24,013 nucleotides of DNA from a virus (IMGVR_UViG_3300005254_000063:1-24013), one strand, 5' to 3'. Counted from the stretch's first letter, positions 6,642 to 15,743 are shown. The notes: a model not told the origin generated them from the letters alone. Numbers and translations: made by a program.

Positions 6642-8726
6642 TTGAATATAGTAGATAAGGCAATAGCGTTTTTTAGCCCGGAAAAAGTGTTGAAGCGCCA
6701 GGCCGCCCGCCGGGCGCTGCAGTTTCTGAACACCGGGTATTCTGAGTCCGGGGCTTCCAGTAAAAAAAAGTCCGTGAAGGGATGGAGGGCCAAGTCCAGC
6801 AGCCCTCAGGCGGACATTGACGCAAACCTGGATACCCTGCGGCAAAGGTCCAGGGACCTGTTTATGAGCGGTGCCATTGGGCGATCGGCCATCGTTACCC
6901 CGAGGACCAATGTAATCGGCCCCGGCTTAAAGCTGAAAAGCAGGATTGATTACAAGTATCTGGGTCTTACCCGGGAGCAGGCGGACCAGTGGGAAAGGAA
7001 TACTGAGCGCGAGTTTTCAATATGGGCGGAGAGCCGGTTCTGTGACACGCTGCGCCTGAACAATTTTTACGAGCTTCAATCAATCCTGTTCATTTCGTAC
7101 CTGCTGAACGGCGATGGCTGGTCGCTGATAAAGCAGGCCGACCCGGAATCGTTTTTCCCTTACAGCCTGCGCCTGCACCTTATCGAGGCAGACCGGGTAA
7201 GTACACCAAAGGAGAGCGGCGCCGGTCTTTTTTCCGCTTCGGCCACGCTGGGCAAAAATCCCGAGAACGGTAACCGGATTTATAACGGGGTTGAAGTTGA
7301 CGGATCCGGGGCGGTGGTTGCTTATTGGATATCCAACGGGTACCCCGGGGATCCGGTCAACCCTACGGGGATGATGAAGTGGCAGCGGGTGGAAGCTTTC
7401 GGCGTCCGTACCGGCCGGCCAAACGTGCTGCAAATCATGGAGGCCGAGCGTTGCGAGCAGTACCGTGGTGTTCCGTTTTTGGCGCCGGTATTGGAAGCGG
7501 TTAAGCAAATCAGCAGGTATACCGAAGCCGAACTGATGGCGGCCATTATCACCGGCTTTTTTACGGTGTTTATTAAAGAGAGCCAGAGCCAGACAGTGGA
7601 TTTCCCTCTTATTGAGGCCATCCCGGGAGAGGAAAAAGTTGACCTGGATCCCAACGCCTTTGAGCTGGGTGCCGGGACCATCAATACTCTGCCGCCGGGG
7701 TATGACGTTTCCATGGCCGACCCTAACCGGCCGTCCTCTAATTTTGACGCCTTTGTGACGGTTCTGGCCAGGCATATTGGCGCGGCACTGGAGATGCCGT
7801 ATGAACTATTGTTGAAGAGTTTTACCGCCAGCTATTCAGCCAGCAGGGCGGCGCTGCTGGAAGCATGGAAGTCATTCCGGATGCGCCGGACCTGGTTTGC
7901 CAGTGATTTCTGCCAGCCGGTATATGAGCTATGGCTTGATGAAGCAATTGCCCGGGGGGTTGTTACCGCACCAGGTTACTTTAACAGCCCGGCGACGGCC
8001 AAGGCCTGGAGCAAGGCGGAATGGCACGGGCCCGCACCGGGACAGATTGACCCTGTTAAAGAAGTTAAGGCAGCCCAGATGCGGGTTGACAGCGGCTTTT
8101 CCACCCGGGAGCGTGAAACCATAGAGATTACCGGCGGGGACTTCGATAAGAACATTGAGCAGTTACAGCGAGAAAACGAGCTGATGAAACAGGCCGGATT
8201 ATTAGAGGCTACAAGTGGGGGTGAAAGCGACCGCCATCCTGTAATACCGACAGGCCTTCGGTTGTTACCGCAACCACCGCGAAATAGCAAAATCATTAAA
8301 CCATCTGGCAAGAAAAACGAAGACAAGCTACCCGAGGTCAAACAAGTGATTAAAACCCTATCTAAAGAGGACAAGGCCGAGCTCGGCCCACGGTACTTCT
8401 ACGACGACTCGCAATATCGTTACATCGTTGAAAGAGATGACAAACCAGTTGGATTCATTGAAAACCGTGCCACTGGCAAAAAGGGACACTTTAACCTTGC
8501 TGTTGACCCTGACTATAGAGGCCAAGGGATAGCCGACGAGATGGTTGACCAAGCCATTACTGATGTTCCAGTGGAGATGTCGAACCTTGAAAAAATTCTA
8601 TGGATTACATCTGAGGGTAACGAAGCATCAAGGAAATTAGCTGAAAAGCACGGTTTTGAGCTGACATCTGAAGAAGATGGCGAGGTTAGGTACACATACT
8701 GGCTGAATGGGGGCGGTGGCGAGTGA
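6642..8726 (+). CDS. Lambda-family portal protein with C-terminal GNAT acetyltransferase domain
   Basis: Portal motifs LRQRSRDL, LHLIEAD, QYRGVPFLAP, SYSASRAALLE, IDPVKE (aa 1 to about 529); aa 530-694 contain GNAT motifs AVDPDYRGQGIA and NEASRKLAEKHGF. Confidence 0.95.
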   Translation: MNIVDKAIAFFSPEKVLKRQAARRALQFLNTGYSESGASSKKKSVKGWRAKSSSPQADIDANLDTLRQRSRDLFMSGAIGRSAIVTPRTNVIGPGLKLKSRIDYKYLGLTREQADQWERNTEREFSIWAESRFCDTLRLNNFYELQSILFISYLLNGDGWSLIKQADPESFFPYSLRLHLIEADRVSTPKESGAGLFSASATLGKNPENGNRIYNGVEVDGSGAVVAYWISNGYPGDPVNPTGMMKWQRVEAFGVRTGRPNVLQIMEAERCEQYRGVPFLAPVLEAVKQISRYTEAELMAAIITGFFTVFIKESQSQTVDFPLIEAIPGEEKVDLDPNAFELGAGTINTLPPGYDVSMADPNRPSSNFDAFVTVLARHIGAALEMPYELLLKSFTASYSASRAALLEAWKSFRMRRTWFASDFCQPVYELWLDEAIARGVVTAPGYFNSPATAKAWSKAEWHGPAPGQIDPVKEVKAAQMRVDSGFSTRERETIEITGGDFDKNIEQLQRENELMKQAGLLEATSGGESDRHPVIPTGLRLLPQPPRNSKIIKPSGKKNEDKLPEVKQVIKTLSKEDKAELGPRYFYDDSQYRYIVERDDKPVGFIENRATGKKGHFNLAVDPDYRGQGIADEMVDQAITDVPVEMSNLEKILWITSEGNEASRKLAEKHGFELTSEEDGEVRYTYWLNGGGGE

Positions 8727-9898
8727 AGTTCTGGAATTTTATTAAAAACGAAGCGAACCCCGAAGAGGTTGAACTGCGTATTGAAGGCCATATTGTTGAC
8801 GATGAAAACGCATGGCTGTATGAATGGTTTGATATTCCGGCCGCATCTCCTAACGCTTTCAGAACCGAGTTGGCGCAGTATGCCGGCAAGAATATAACAG
8901 TCTGGATTGATAGTTACGGTGGCAGTGTATTTGCCGCAGCGGGCATTTATACCGCGCTGATGGAACATAAGAAAAGCGGCGCCAGAATTACGACCAAAGT
9001 AGACAGTAAGGCAATGAGCGCGGCTACGGTTCCGTTTATGGCCGGTGATGGAAGATTAATGAGCCCGCCGGCAATATTCATGATCCATAACCCACTTGTT
9101 GAAGTCTATGGTTACGCTTCGGAGCTCAGGAAGGCCGCCGATTACCTTGACGTTGTCAAGGAGACTATCATCAGCGCTTACCAAATGGGGACCGGTCGTT
9201 CCGCGGCAAAGATTTCGGCAATGATGGACGATGAAACCTATATGAGCGCCAAAACAGCCGTGAAGGAAGGTTTTGCAACCGGCATTCTTTATGCTGACAC
9301 CAATATTCAGCCTGTGGAAAATTCTTTCATGTTCAGTCATGCCGCGATACAAAATAGTTTTTCGGCATCAACGAGAAGTATTATCAATCAGCTCAAAGAG
9401 CTTGGTATGGCTGGCCCAGCAGGCGCCGGCTTAAATATACCAAATAAACAGGAACCGGCCGCAACGCCGCAGCCTGTAAATAATTCCAAGGAGGATGAGA
9501 CAGTGGAAATCAAAAACGCGGATGAGCTGAGACAGTATTTCCCTGATCTGGTCGCCCAGGTTGAAGCAGCGGCCAAGGATGAGGGGGCGAAAACCGAGAG
9601 GCAGCGCATCCAGGCCATCGACGAGATCGGGGCCGCTATCACTCCCGATCTTGCCAACAAGGCCAAGTACGAGGAGCCTATGACTGCCGAACAACTGGCC
9701 TTCCAGGCGCTCAAAGCCGATGCGGCCAAGGGTACCCAGTACCTGGCCCAGATCCAGCAGGACAGCCAGGATTCCGGCGCCAACAACGTGGTCGGTCAGC
9801 CCCAGGCGGAACCTGCCAAGGGAAAGGATACGAAGGCGGAAAAGGAAGCGGCCGCGCAGTCCATTGCGGACTTCGCCAACAAGAGGAGGGATAAGTAA
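8723..9898 (+). CDS. ClpP-type head maturation protease with C-terminal scaffold domain
   Basis: IDSYGGSVF, AMSAAT (catalytic Ser), FMIHNP (His), ETYMSA..AVKEGFA; helical ERQRIQAID C-terminal part. Confidence 0.93.
   Translation: MKFWNFIKNEANPEEVELRIEGHIVDDENAWLYEWFDIPAASPNAFRTELAQYAGKNITVWIDSYGGSVFAAAGIYTALMEHKKSGARITTKVDSKAMSAATVPFMAGDGRLMSPPAIFMIHNPLVEVYGYASELRKAADYLDVVKETIISAYQMGTGRSAAKISAMMDDETYMSAKTAVKEGFATGILYADTNIQPVENSFMFSHAAIQNSFSASTRSIINQLKELGMAGPAGAGLNIPNKQEPAATPQPVNNSKEDETVEIKNADELRQYFPDLVAQVEAAAKDEGAKTERQRIQAIDEIGAAITPDLANKAKYEEPMTAEQLAFQALKADAAKGTQYLAQIQQDSQDSGANNVVGQPQAEPAKGKDTKAEKEAAAQSIADFANKRRDK
9503..9898 (+). CDS. Nested in-frame scaffolding protein (lambda Nu3 analogue), 131 aa
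   Basis: Perfect SD AAGGAGG at 9488-9494, 8 nt before an in-frame GTG (codon 261) that follows a Pro/Gln/Ala linker. Confidence 0.7.
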   Translation: MEIKNADELRQYFPDLVAQVEAAAKDEGAKTERQRIQAIDEIGAAITPDLANKAKYEEPMTAEQLAFQALKADAAKGTQYLAQIQQDSQDSGANNVVGQPQAEPAKGKDTKAEKEAAAQSIADFANKRRDK

Positions 9899-10551
9899 TG
9901 GGAGACCTGTACTACAACCTGGATTCCTTTACCCCGGACAACCTGATCGCCGGTAACGAGTTCCCGCTACTGACCAAAGCGGTGACCCTGCAGGGCGCCC
10001 AGGGCGTGGTCAAGCGCGGCACGGTTCTTGGTGAAATCACCAAGGCCATTGGAAACCCGGTTGCTGATGCCGGCAATACGGGAGATGGCACCGTTACGGA
10101 TGTTTCGCTTGGCAGTGCAGCCAAGTTGGGCACCTATATCCTGGAGTGTATCACGGCAGCTGCGAACGGTGGTACTTTCAAAGTACTCGACCCGGACGGC
10201 GTGCGCCTGGATGATGCTGATGTGGGGGCAGTTTACACTGGGGCAATTAATTTTACAATTAATGACGGCGCAACCGATTTTGCTGTGGGTGATAAGTTCA
10301 CCATCGAAGTGACTGAGGGCAGCGGCAAGTATAAAGTTGTTAACTCGGCCAACGTGGATGGCAGCCAGGAAGCGGATTGCATCCTGGTGGCCGACATAGA
10401 CACCACGGACGGGGATATTGTAGCCGAAGCGTACCGAAGCGGCCACTTCAATCGTAAGGCGCTTATCTTCGGCGGCGGAGACACTGCGGCCAACCATGAA
10501 GAAAAGCTCAGGGAACTGGGTATTCACCTGAGCGATAACATTCCGTACTAA
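9898..10551 (+). CDS. Head decoration protein (lambda gpD-like) with internal beta-rich insertion
   Basis: PDNLIAG, KRGTVLG, GSQEADCIL, AYRSGHFNRKAL, LRELGI motifs; located between protease and capsid genes. Confidence 0.88.
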   Translation: MGDLYYNLDSFTPDNLIAGNEFPLLTKAVTLQGAQGVVKRGTVLGEITKAIGNPVADAGNTGDGTVTDVSLGSAAKLGTYILECITAAANGGTFKVLDPDGVRLDDADVGAVYTGAINFTINDGATDFAVGDKFTIEVTEGSGKYKVVNSANVDGSQEADCILVADIDTTDGDIVAEAYRSGHFNRKALIFGGGDTAANHEEKLRELGIHLSDNIPY

Positions 10552-10565
10552 GGAGGTAGGGTGAA

Positions 10566-11615
10566 TTGTCTATCAACATCTATGAAACCAGGACCATGAT
10601 GCAGGCCATCGATAAGATGAAGCCTGTGCGAACCTTCCTCCGGGATACTTTTTTCCCGGGCATTGAGACGTTCCCCACTGAAAAGATTGACGTTGACTTC
10701 CGTAAAGGCAAGCGTAAAATGGCTCCGTTTGTGGCCCGTAACAGCGGCGGCATTACCATGGACCGGCAGGGCTTCCAGACCAACACCTGGGAGACACCGT
10801 ATATTGCACCCCAGCGGGCACTGACTAAGAACGACCTCACCAATCGAATGATGGGTGAGAACGTATACAGCACCCGCACTCCGGAACAGCGGGCCATGGA
10901 ATTGCTGGCCAGGGACCTGATCGAGTTGGATGACATGATTGCCCGTCGGGAAGAATGGTTCTGCCGGCAGGTACTGCTTTACGGCCTAGTCACCATCAAG
11001 GGCTGGATTGACAAGTTTGGCTCTGACTACGTGGAGGACACCGTTAACTACCAGTTCACCAACAAGGAAACCCTGGCCGGGGCGGACGCCTGGACCGAGG
11101 CCACCAGCAAAAAGTACGAGGACCTCAAAGGGGCCCGCCTGCAAGTGATCCAGAAGAGTGGCCAGAATCCGAACATCGCCATCCTGGCCAACAACGTGGT
11201 GGACCTGTTCATCAACGATGCCAACATCCAAAAGCTTTTGGATATCCGGAACCTGACCATCGGTACCGTCCAGCCCAGTGTTCAGGCTGAAGGTGTTACC
11301 TACATCGGTACCCTAACTAGCCTGGGCCTGGAGCTTTACAGCTATGATGAGTGGTTTCTGGATGATGATGGCGTGGAATATCCCATGATTCCAGACAACT
11401 ACGTGGTTGTTGGCCGGGCCAACCTGGGTACCAGGCTATACGGCGCTGTAACGCAGCTTGAAGAAAGCGACGGGGAATTCCACACTTATGAAGGTACCCG
11501 TATCCCGAAGGTGTGGAAAGATGTTAACAATGACACCAAGATGATTCGCGTTGCCTCCCGGCCGCTGCCCAAGCCTGAAGACGTGGACGCCTGGTATACG
11601 TTGGTAGTGGCGTAG
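10566..11615 (+). CDS. Major capsid protein (lambda gpE family)
   Basis: FLRDTFF, RKMAPFV, RREEWFCRQVL..G, YGAVTQ, SRPLP motifs; 349 aa; AAGGAGG RBS before TTG. Confidence 0.95.
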   Translation: MSINIYETRTMMQAIDKMKPVRTFLRDTFFPGIETFPTEKIDVDFRKGKRKMAPFVARNSGGITMDRQGFQTNTWETPYIAPQRALTKNDLTNRMMGENVYSTRTPEQRAMELLARDLIELDDMIARREEWFCRQVLLYGLVTIKGWIDKFGSDYVEDTVNYQFTNKETLAGADAWTEATSKKYEDLKGARLQVIQKSGQNPNIAILANNVVDLFINDANIQKLLDIRNLTIGTVQPSVQAEGVTYIGTLTSLGLELYSYDEWFLDDDGVEYPMIPDNYVVVGRANLGTRLYGAVTQLEESDGEFHTYEGTRIPKVWKDVNNDTKMIRVASRPLPKPEDVDAWYTLVVA

Positions 11616-11623
11616 GTGATATC

Positions 11624-12031
11624 ATGGCTATTATCGTAAAACGTTTCCGCGTGCGGCGTAACGGCAAAGTGTACGGCCCCGGCCAGATGGCCGGCCAGGT
11701 AATAACGGGCTTTTCGAAAGAAGAAGAGGCCCGTTTGATTGCCGAATCCAACGGGAGCATAGAAAAGTATGTCCCGCCCAAAATTGAAGAACTGCCGGAG
11801 GACGACAATAAAAAACCGGAGGGCGGAGAATCGGGAAAATCGGAAAATGAAACCGGTACTGAAACTGGTGCTGAATCAAACAGAGATTCAGAGCCCGATG
11901 CAGAACCCGCCGAAGATCCCAGCACTGAATCTGACCCCGAGAGTGAAAACATTGCCGCGGTGGACCCTGATGACCTGATTAAACCTGGAGGTATGACCGG
12001 CCAGAAAAACAATAAAAAGCGGGGGCGTTAA
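11624..12031 (+). CDS. Phage protein in the lambda gpFI position; small folded N-domain plus acidic low-complexity tail
   Basis: Directly follows the capsid gene; E/S/D/P/T-rich C-terminal half; AGGTGA RBS. Confidence 0.6.
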   Translation: MAIIVKRFRVRRNGKVYGPGQMAGQVITGFSKEEEARLIAESNGSIEKYVPPKIEELPEDDNKKPEGGESGKSENETGTETGAESNRDSEPDAEPAEDPSTESDPESENIAAVDPDDLIKPGGMTGQKNNKKRGR

Positions 12032-12034
12032 TTT

Positions 12035-12364
12035 ATGTCCCCGCTTAAAGATTACATGGTTTCGGACCTGGACACGTTCTTCAATCAGGATGAATTTGCC
12101 AACCTTCACGATATCGAAGGTCAACAGATGCCGGCGGTGATTGATTTTGACCTTTTGAAAGAGAGGCCGCGAACCACCGAGCGCAACCCGTACGCAGACG
12201 GTGTATATGTTTCGGAAACCATGCTGTTTGTACGTAAGTCCGACCTTGGGTACAAACCGGTCATTGGCCAGCACCTGCGCCTGGACGGGGAACTGTACCT
12301 GGTTACCGACTGTGCTGAAAATACCGGCGTACTTGAAATCACCCTGGAGGTGAACCGGGCATGA
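12035..12364 (+). CDS. Head closure/head-tail joining protein (gpFII-like)
   Basis: DLDTFFNQDEFANLHDIEG...P.IGQ.L.LDG..Y.V...GVL.I.L pattern; synteny. Confidence 0.75.
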   Translation: MSPLKDYMVSDLDTFFNQDEFANLHDIEGQQMPAVIDFDLLKERPRTTERNPYADGVYVSETMLFVRKSDLGYKPVIGQHLRLDGELYLVTDCAENTGVLEITLEVNRA

Positions 12365-12918
12365 TTGAGCTGACCGCGGAGCAGATAAGAAGGGCTCAGA
12401 GCTACCTGGGCCACATCCCGGGGGCAGTGCCCAGGGCCTTGGTGGGCGCAATAAACCGGGCCGCCGAATCCACCAGGACGGAAGCCTCGCGTAAGGTCAG
12501 GGAGATATACTACGTTAAGCACAAGGATATTATTTCTACCATCAAGATTAAGAAGGCCAGCCCGGAGAATCTGATGGCAACGGTCACTTCATCCGGCAAC
12601 CTGCTGCCGCTGGCAAAATTCAGGGTAACACCGCAGCGGCCGCAGCCAAGAAGGAAAAGCCCGGTTGTGATCCGTGTCAAGCGCGGCGCGGAGGGCGGCT
12701 CAGTTAAAAACGTATTTGTAGCCCGGATGAGAAGCGGTCATATAGGTGTGTTTGGGCGCGTCGGCAAATCCCGGCTGCCGATTCAGGAAAAGTACGGCCC
12801 TTCAATACCTCAGATGCTAGGTAATCCAACCGTGTCTGTTTGGATTGAAGAAAAAGCCGTCGAGCGCTTGGAACAGCGTCTTGACCATGAGATTAGCCGC
12901 ATACTGGGAGGTAAGTAA
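12361..12918 (+). CDS. Minor tail/neck protein Z (gpZ-like)
   Basis: Basic protein with AINRAA, FVARMRSGHIGVF.R.GKSRLPI...YGPSIPQM motifs; synteny. Confidence 0.82.
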   Translation: MIELTAEQIRRAQSYLGHIPGAVPRALVGAINRAAESTRTEASRKVREIYYVKHKDIISTIKIKKASPENLMATVTSSGNLLPLAKFRVTPQRPQPRRKSPVVIRVKRGAEGGSVKNVFVARMRSGHIGVFGRVGKSRLPIQEKYGPSIPQMLGNPTVSVWIEEKAVERLEQRLDHEISRILGGK

Positions 12919-13394
12919 TGACACTCATTGTTTTGGTTGACGAGCTGGTCAAGTTCATAGGGACGGTAGTTGCCGAATTTGAGCTCCAGTCAAACGTACC
13001 GGAAGTGAAAAAGGCTCCTCAGATCGTGCCCGGCTGGCTGAAGGAAAAGAAACCCGGGCAACAGCAGGACCCCCCGGACTTTCCCTACGTCATTGTCCGG
13101 TACCTTGAGGACACGGGAAACAATGATGGCGATATGGCCACTGTTCGGATTATCGCGGGTACTTACAGTGAGGATGTTCAGGACGGATGGCGGGACTGTA
13201 TGAATGTTCTTACCCGGATTAAGGAGGCCCTGCTTAAACAGCGTTTTGTGGGTAAGGCCTTTCGGGTGGAATACCCCATCAAGACCGAACTGCCCGAGGA
13301 ACAGCCGTACCCGGAATGGGTGGCGTTCATGACCCTTAATATATCAATCCCCTCCGTCCAGGAGGAAGGAGGCTACTTTGATGCCATCGAGTAA
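12918..13394 (+). CDS. Putative tail terminator protein
   Basis: DFPYVIVR and QPYPEW motifs; position between gpZ and sheath. Confidence 0.6.
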   Translation: MTLIVLVDELVKFIGTVVAEFELQSNVPEVKKAPQIVPGWLKEKKPGQQQDPPDFPYVIVRYLEDTGNNDGDMATVRIIAGTYSEDVQDGWRDCMNVLTRIKEALLKQRFVGKAFRVEYPIKTELPEEQPYPEWVAFMTLNISIPSVQEEGGYFDAIE

Positions 13395-13671
13395 AAAAAA
13401 GGCAGCACCTGACAAAAAGCAGGTGTCGCTTATTTACTGCGGCCCGAGCCTGCTGCGGGGGATATTGTACCAGTACCACGTGTCCCGTGGCGGCCTGCCC
13501 AAACATCTTGAAGCGTACTTTGAAAAGTGCCCAGCCATCAAGCGCCTGTTTGTGCCGGTGGAAAAACTGAACAGCACCGTACAGGCAATAAAAAGACCGG
13601 GCACTGCCGAAAGCGTGTGGTACAAGCAGGTATTGCAATACATTCAGGACATTCAGGGAGGTGCTAAATAG
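13381..13671 (+). CDS. Hypothetical phage protein preceding the sheath gene
   Basis: IYCGPSL...LFVPVEKL; GGAGG RBS at 13368-13372; overlaps neighbouring genes. Confidence 0.7.
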   Translation: MPSSKKKAAPDKKQVSLIYCGPSLLRGILYQYHVSRGGLPKHLEAYFEKCPAIKRLFVPVEKLNSTVQAIKRPGTAESVWYKQVLQYIQDIQGGAK

Positions 13672-15137
13672 TGCCCTACAAGCACGGTGTTTATATATCC
13701 GAGGTCCCTACCTCGGTGGCCTCACCCGTCCGGGTGACCGCCGGCCTGCCGGTGGTAGTGGGGACGGCCCCGATTAACCTGGCTGATATCCAGGAATACG
13801 TGAATAAACCCCTTTTGGCTTACACCTACCAGGAGGCAGTCAAGGCCCTGGGCTACTCCACAGACTGGGCCGGCTATACCCTTTGCGAGTTTATCAAGTC
13901 ACATTACCAGCAGTACAGTATGGCCCCGGTGGTATTTATCAACGTCCTGGACCCGGTCACACACAAGGCAAGCGTGGCCGCTGAGGCGGTTACGCTCGAC
14001 GCGAACGACCAGGTCGTTCTGGCCAACAAGGGCGTTTTGTTGTCGTCCGTGGTGGTGAAGTCCTCCGACGGTTTGACCACGTATGTGCTGGATACTGATT
14101 ACACGCTCGCGTTTGACGACAGCGGAAATGCTGTAATCACAAGGTTTGATTCCGGAAGTATTCTTGCAGGCGCCGATTTACAAGTTGATTATGATCACCT
14201 TGACCCGTCAACTGTAACGGCAAATGACATCATCGGCGGCGTGGATGCAACTACCGGGGCATATACCGGCCTTGAGCTGGTGAACAAGGTGTTCCCGCTG
14301 TTCCGCCTGGTGCCCGGTCAGATCCTGGCCCCGGGGTGGAGCCACGACCCCACTGTGGCTGCTGTCATGGTGGCCAAGGCCGGGGCGATCAATAACCTGT
14401 TCAAGGCCATGGCCATAACCGATGCGGATTCTTCTGCCGCCGGCGCGGACCTCTATACAGAGGTGCCGGGCTGGAAAAACGATAACGATTACGTGGATTC
14501 TCAGCAAGTGGTGTGTTGGCCGAAAGTCAAGCTGGGGGATGACGTGTATCACCTCTCCACCCAGTTCGCTGGCCTGGCTTGCAAGACCGACGGGGATAAC
14601 GATGATATTCCTTACGTCAGTCCGTCGAACAAGAACCTGCAAGCCGCCGGTGCTGTGGTCGAGGGTGGCAGCGAAGTTACCTTAAGCCCGGACCAGGCTG
14701 CTTACCTGAATGGCGAGGGCATTGTCACTGCTATAAATTTTATTGGCGGCTGGAAACTGTGGGGCAACCGGACCGGGGCTTACCCGTCGAACACAGACGT
14801 CAAGGATACCTTTATCCCGGTGCGCCGGATGTTCAACTGGGTGGGTAACACGATTATCCTGACCTACTGGGAAAAGGTTGATGATCCTACCAACAAGCGC
14901 CTCATTGACACTGTGGTGGACAGTCTCAATATCTGGCTGAACGGTTTGACGGCTCGGGGGGCGCTACTTGGCGGCCGGGTAGAGTTCATCCAGGATGAGA
15001 ACCCGACCACCGATCTGCTGAATGGAATCGTGCGGTTCCATGTGTACCTGGCGCCGCCGATGCCCGCGGAGGATATGGAATTTGTTCTGGAGTTCGACGT
15101 CAATTACCTCAGCGCTCTGTTTGCTGAGGCTGCGTAA
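13671..15137 (+). CDS. Contractile tail sheath protein
   Basis: YKHGVY, VVGTAP, ILAPGWS, YVSPSNK, YLNGEGIVT, LWGNRT, PVRRMF, NPTTDLLNG motifs. Confidence 0.95.
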   Translation: MPYKHGVYISEVPTSVASPVRVTAGLPVVVGTAPINLADIQEYVNKPLLAYTYQEAVKALGYSTDWAGYTLCEFIKSHYQQYSMAPVVFINVLDPVTHKASVAAEAVTLDANDQVVLANKGVLLSSVVVKSSDGLTTYVLDTDYTLAFDDSGNAVITRFDSGSILAGADLQVDYDHLDPSTVTANDIIGGVDATTGAYTGLELVNKVFPLFRLVPGQILAPGWSHDPTVAAVMVAKAGAINNLFKAMAITDADSSAAGADLYTEVPGWKNDNDYVDSQQVVCWPKVKLGDDVYHLSTQFAGLACKTDGDNDDIPYVSPSNKNLQAAGAVVEGGSEVTLSPDQAAYLNGEGIVTAINFIGGWKLWGNRTGAYPSNTDVKDTFIPVRRMFNWVGNTIILTYWEKVDDPTNKRLIDTVVDSLNIWLNGLTARGALLGGRVEFIQDENPTTDLLNGIVRFHVYLAPPMPAEDMEFVLEFDVNYLSALFAEAA

Positions 15138-15153
15138 TGGGAGGTGAAAGTAA

Positions 15154-15681
15154 GTGTCTGTAAATGTGGTACCGGAAAGGCTGACGGCGTTTCGCGTGTA
15201 TCTTGAAGGTTCGACGGACCTTAAAGGCGTGGCCGACCTGCAATTGCCGTCTCTGGAGGCTATGACCGAGACCGTCAGGGGCGCCGGGATTGCCGGTGAA
15301 TACGAGTCTCCCACTTTGGGGCATTTCGGCAGTATGAAGCTGGGCCTTAACTGGCGGACCGTTTCCAAGGATATGGTCCGGTTGATGCGTCAGAAGGCGC
15401 TGCGGCTTGACTGCAGGGGGGCCTTTCAGGAGTATGACGCCGGCGCCGGTGAGTATGTTATCCGGCAGACCCGGGTAGTCGTCCAGGGTCCGCCCACCAA
15501 GGGGGATCCCGGTAAGTTCGAAACCGGCGCCCCCTCCGACGGGTCCAGCGAGATAGAGGTCCTTTACCTCAAGATTGACATTGACCGCCGGACCGTGGTC
15601 GAGCTTGATAAACTTAATTATAAGTGCGTGATTGACGGGGTGGATTACCTGGCTGACGTAAGAAGCGCCCTGGGGCTATAA
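15154..15681 (+). CDS. Major tail tube protein (P2 FII family)
   Basis: GAGIAGE...PTLGHFGSM and ELDKLN....IDGVDYLADVRSALG motifs; follows the sheath gene. Confidence 0.93.
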   Translation: MSVNVVPERLTAFRVYLEGSTDLKGVADLQLPSLEAMTETVRGAGIAGEYESPTLGHFGSMKLGLNWRTVSKDMVRLMRQKALRLDCRGAFQEYDAGAGEYVIRQTRVVVQGPPTKGDPGKFETGAPSDGSSEIEVLYLKIDIDRRTVVELDKLNYKCVIDGVDYLADVRSALGL

Positions 15682-15684
15682 TAT

Positions 15685-15728
15685 AAGACCTGCTGCAATA
15701 ATAACGCGGCAGGTCTTGGTTTTACTTT
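15685..15728 (+). terminator. Hairpin/intrinsic terminator after the tail tube gene
   Basis: AAGACCTGCTGC (15685-15696) pairs with GCGGCAGGTCTT (15706-15717; one G-U), followed by GGTTTTACTTT. Confidence 0.65.
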
Positions 15729-15743
15729 AAGGGGGACGATTAA

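Noticed and set aside
7080-7775. 231-aa minus-strand ORF opposite the portal
   Set aside because: Entirely antisense to the conserved portal core; no recognisable domain.
8358-8968. Minus-strand ORFs over the GNAT region as a possible antitoxin/immunity gene
   Set aside because: They overlap the GNAT and protease coding sequence in antisense, lack RBS and show no RHH or other antitoxin features.
11800-11950. Repetitive-looking GAA/GAAACC-rich stretch
   Set aside because: Explained by an acidic low-complexity protein linker; no regular repeat unit or CRISPR-like spacing.
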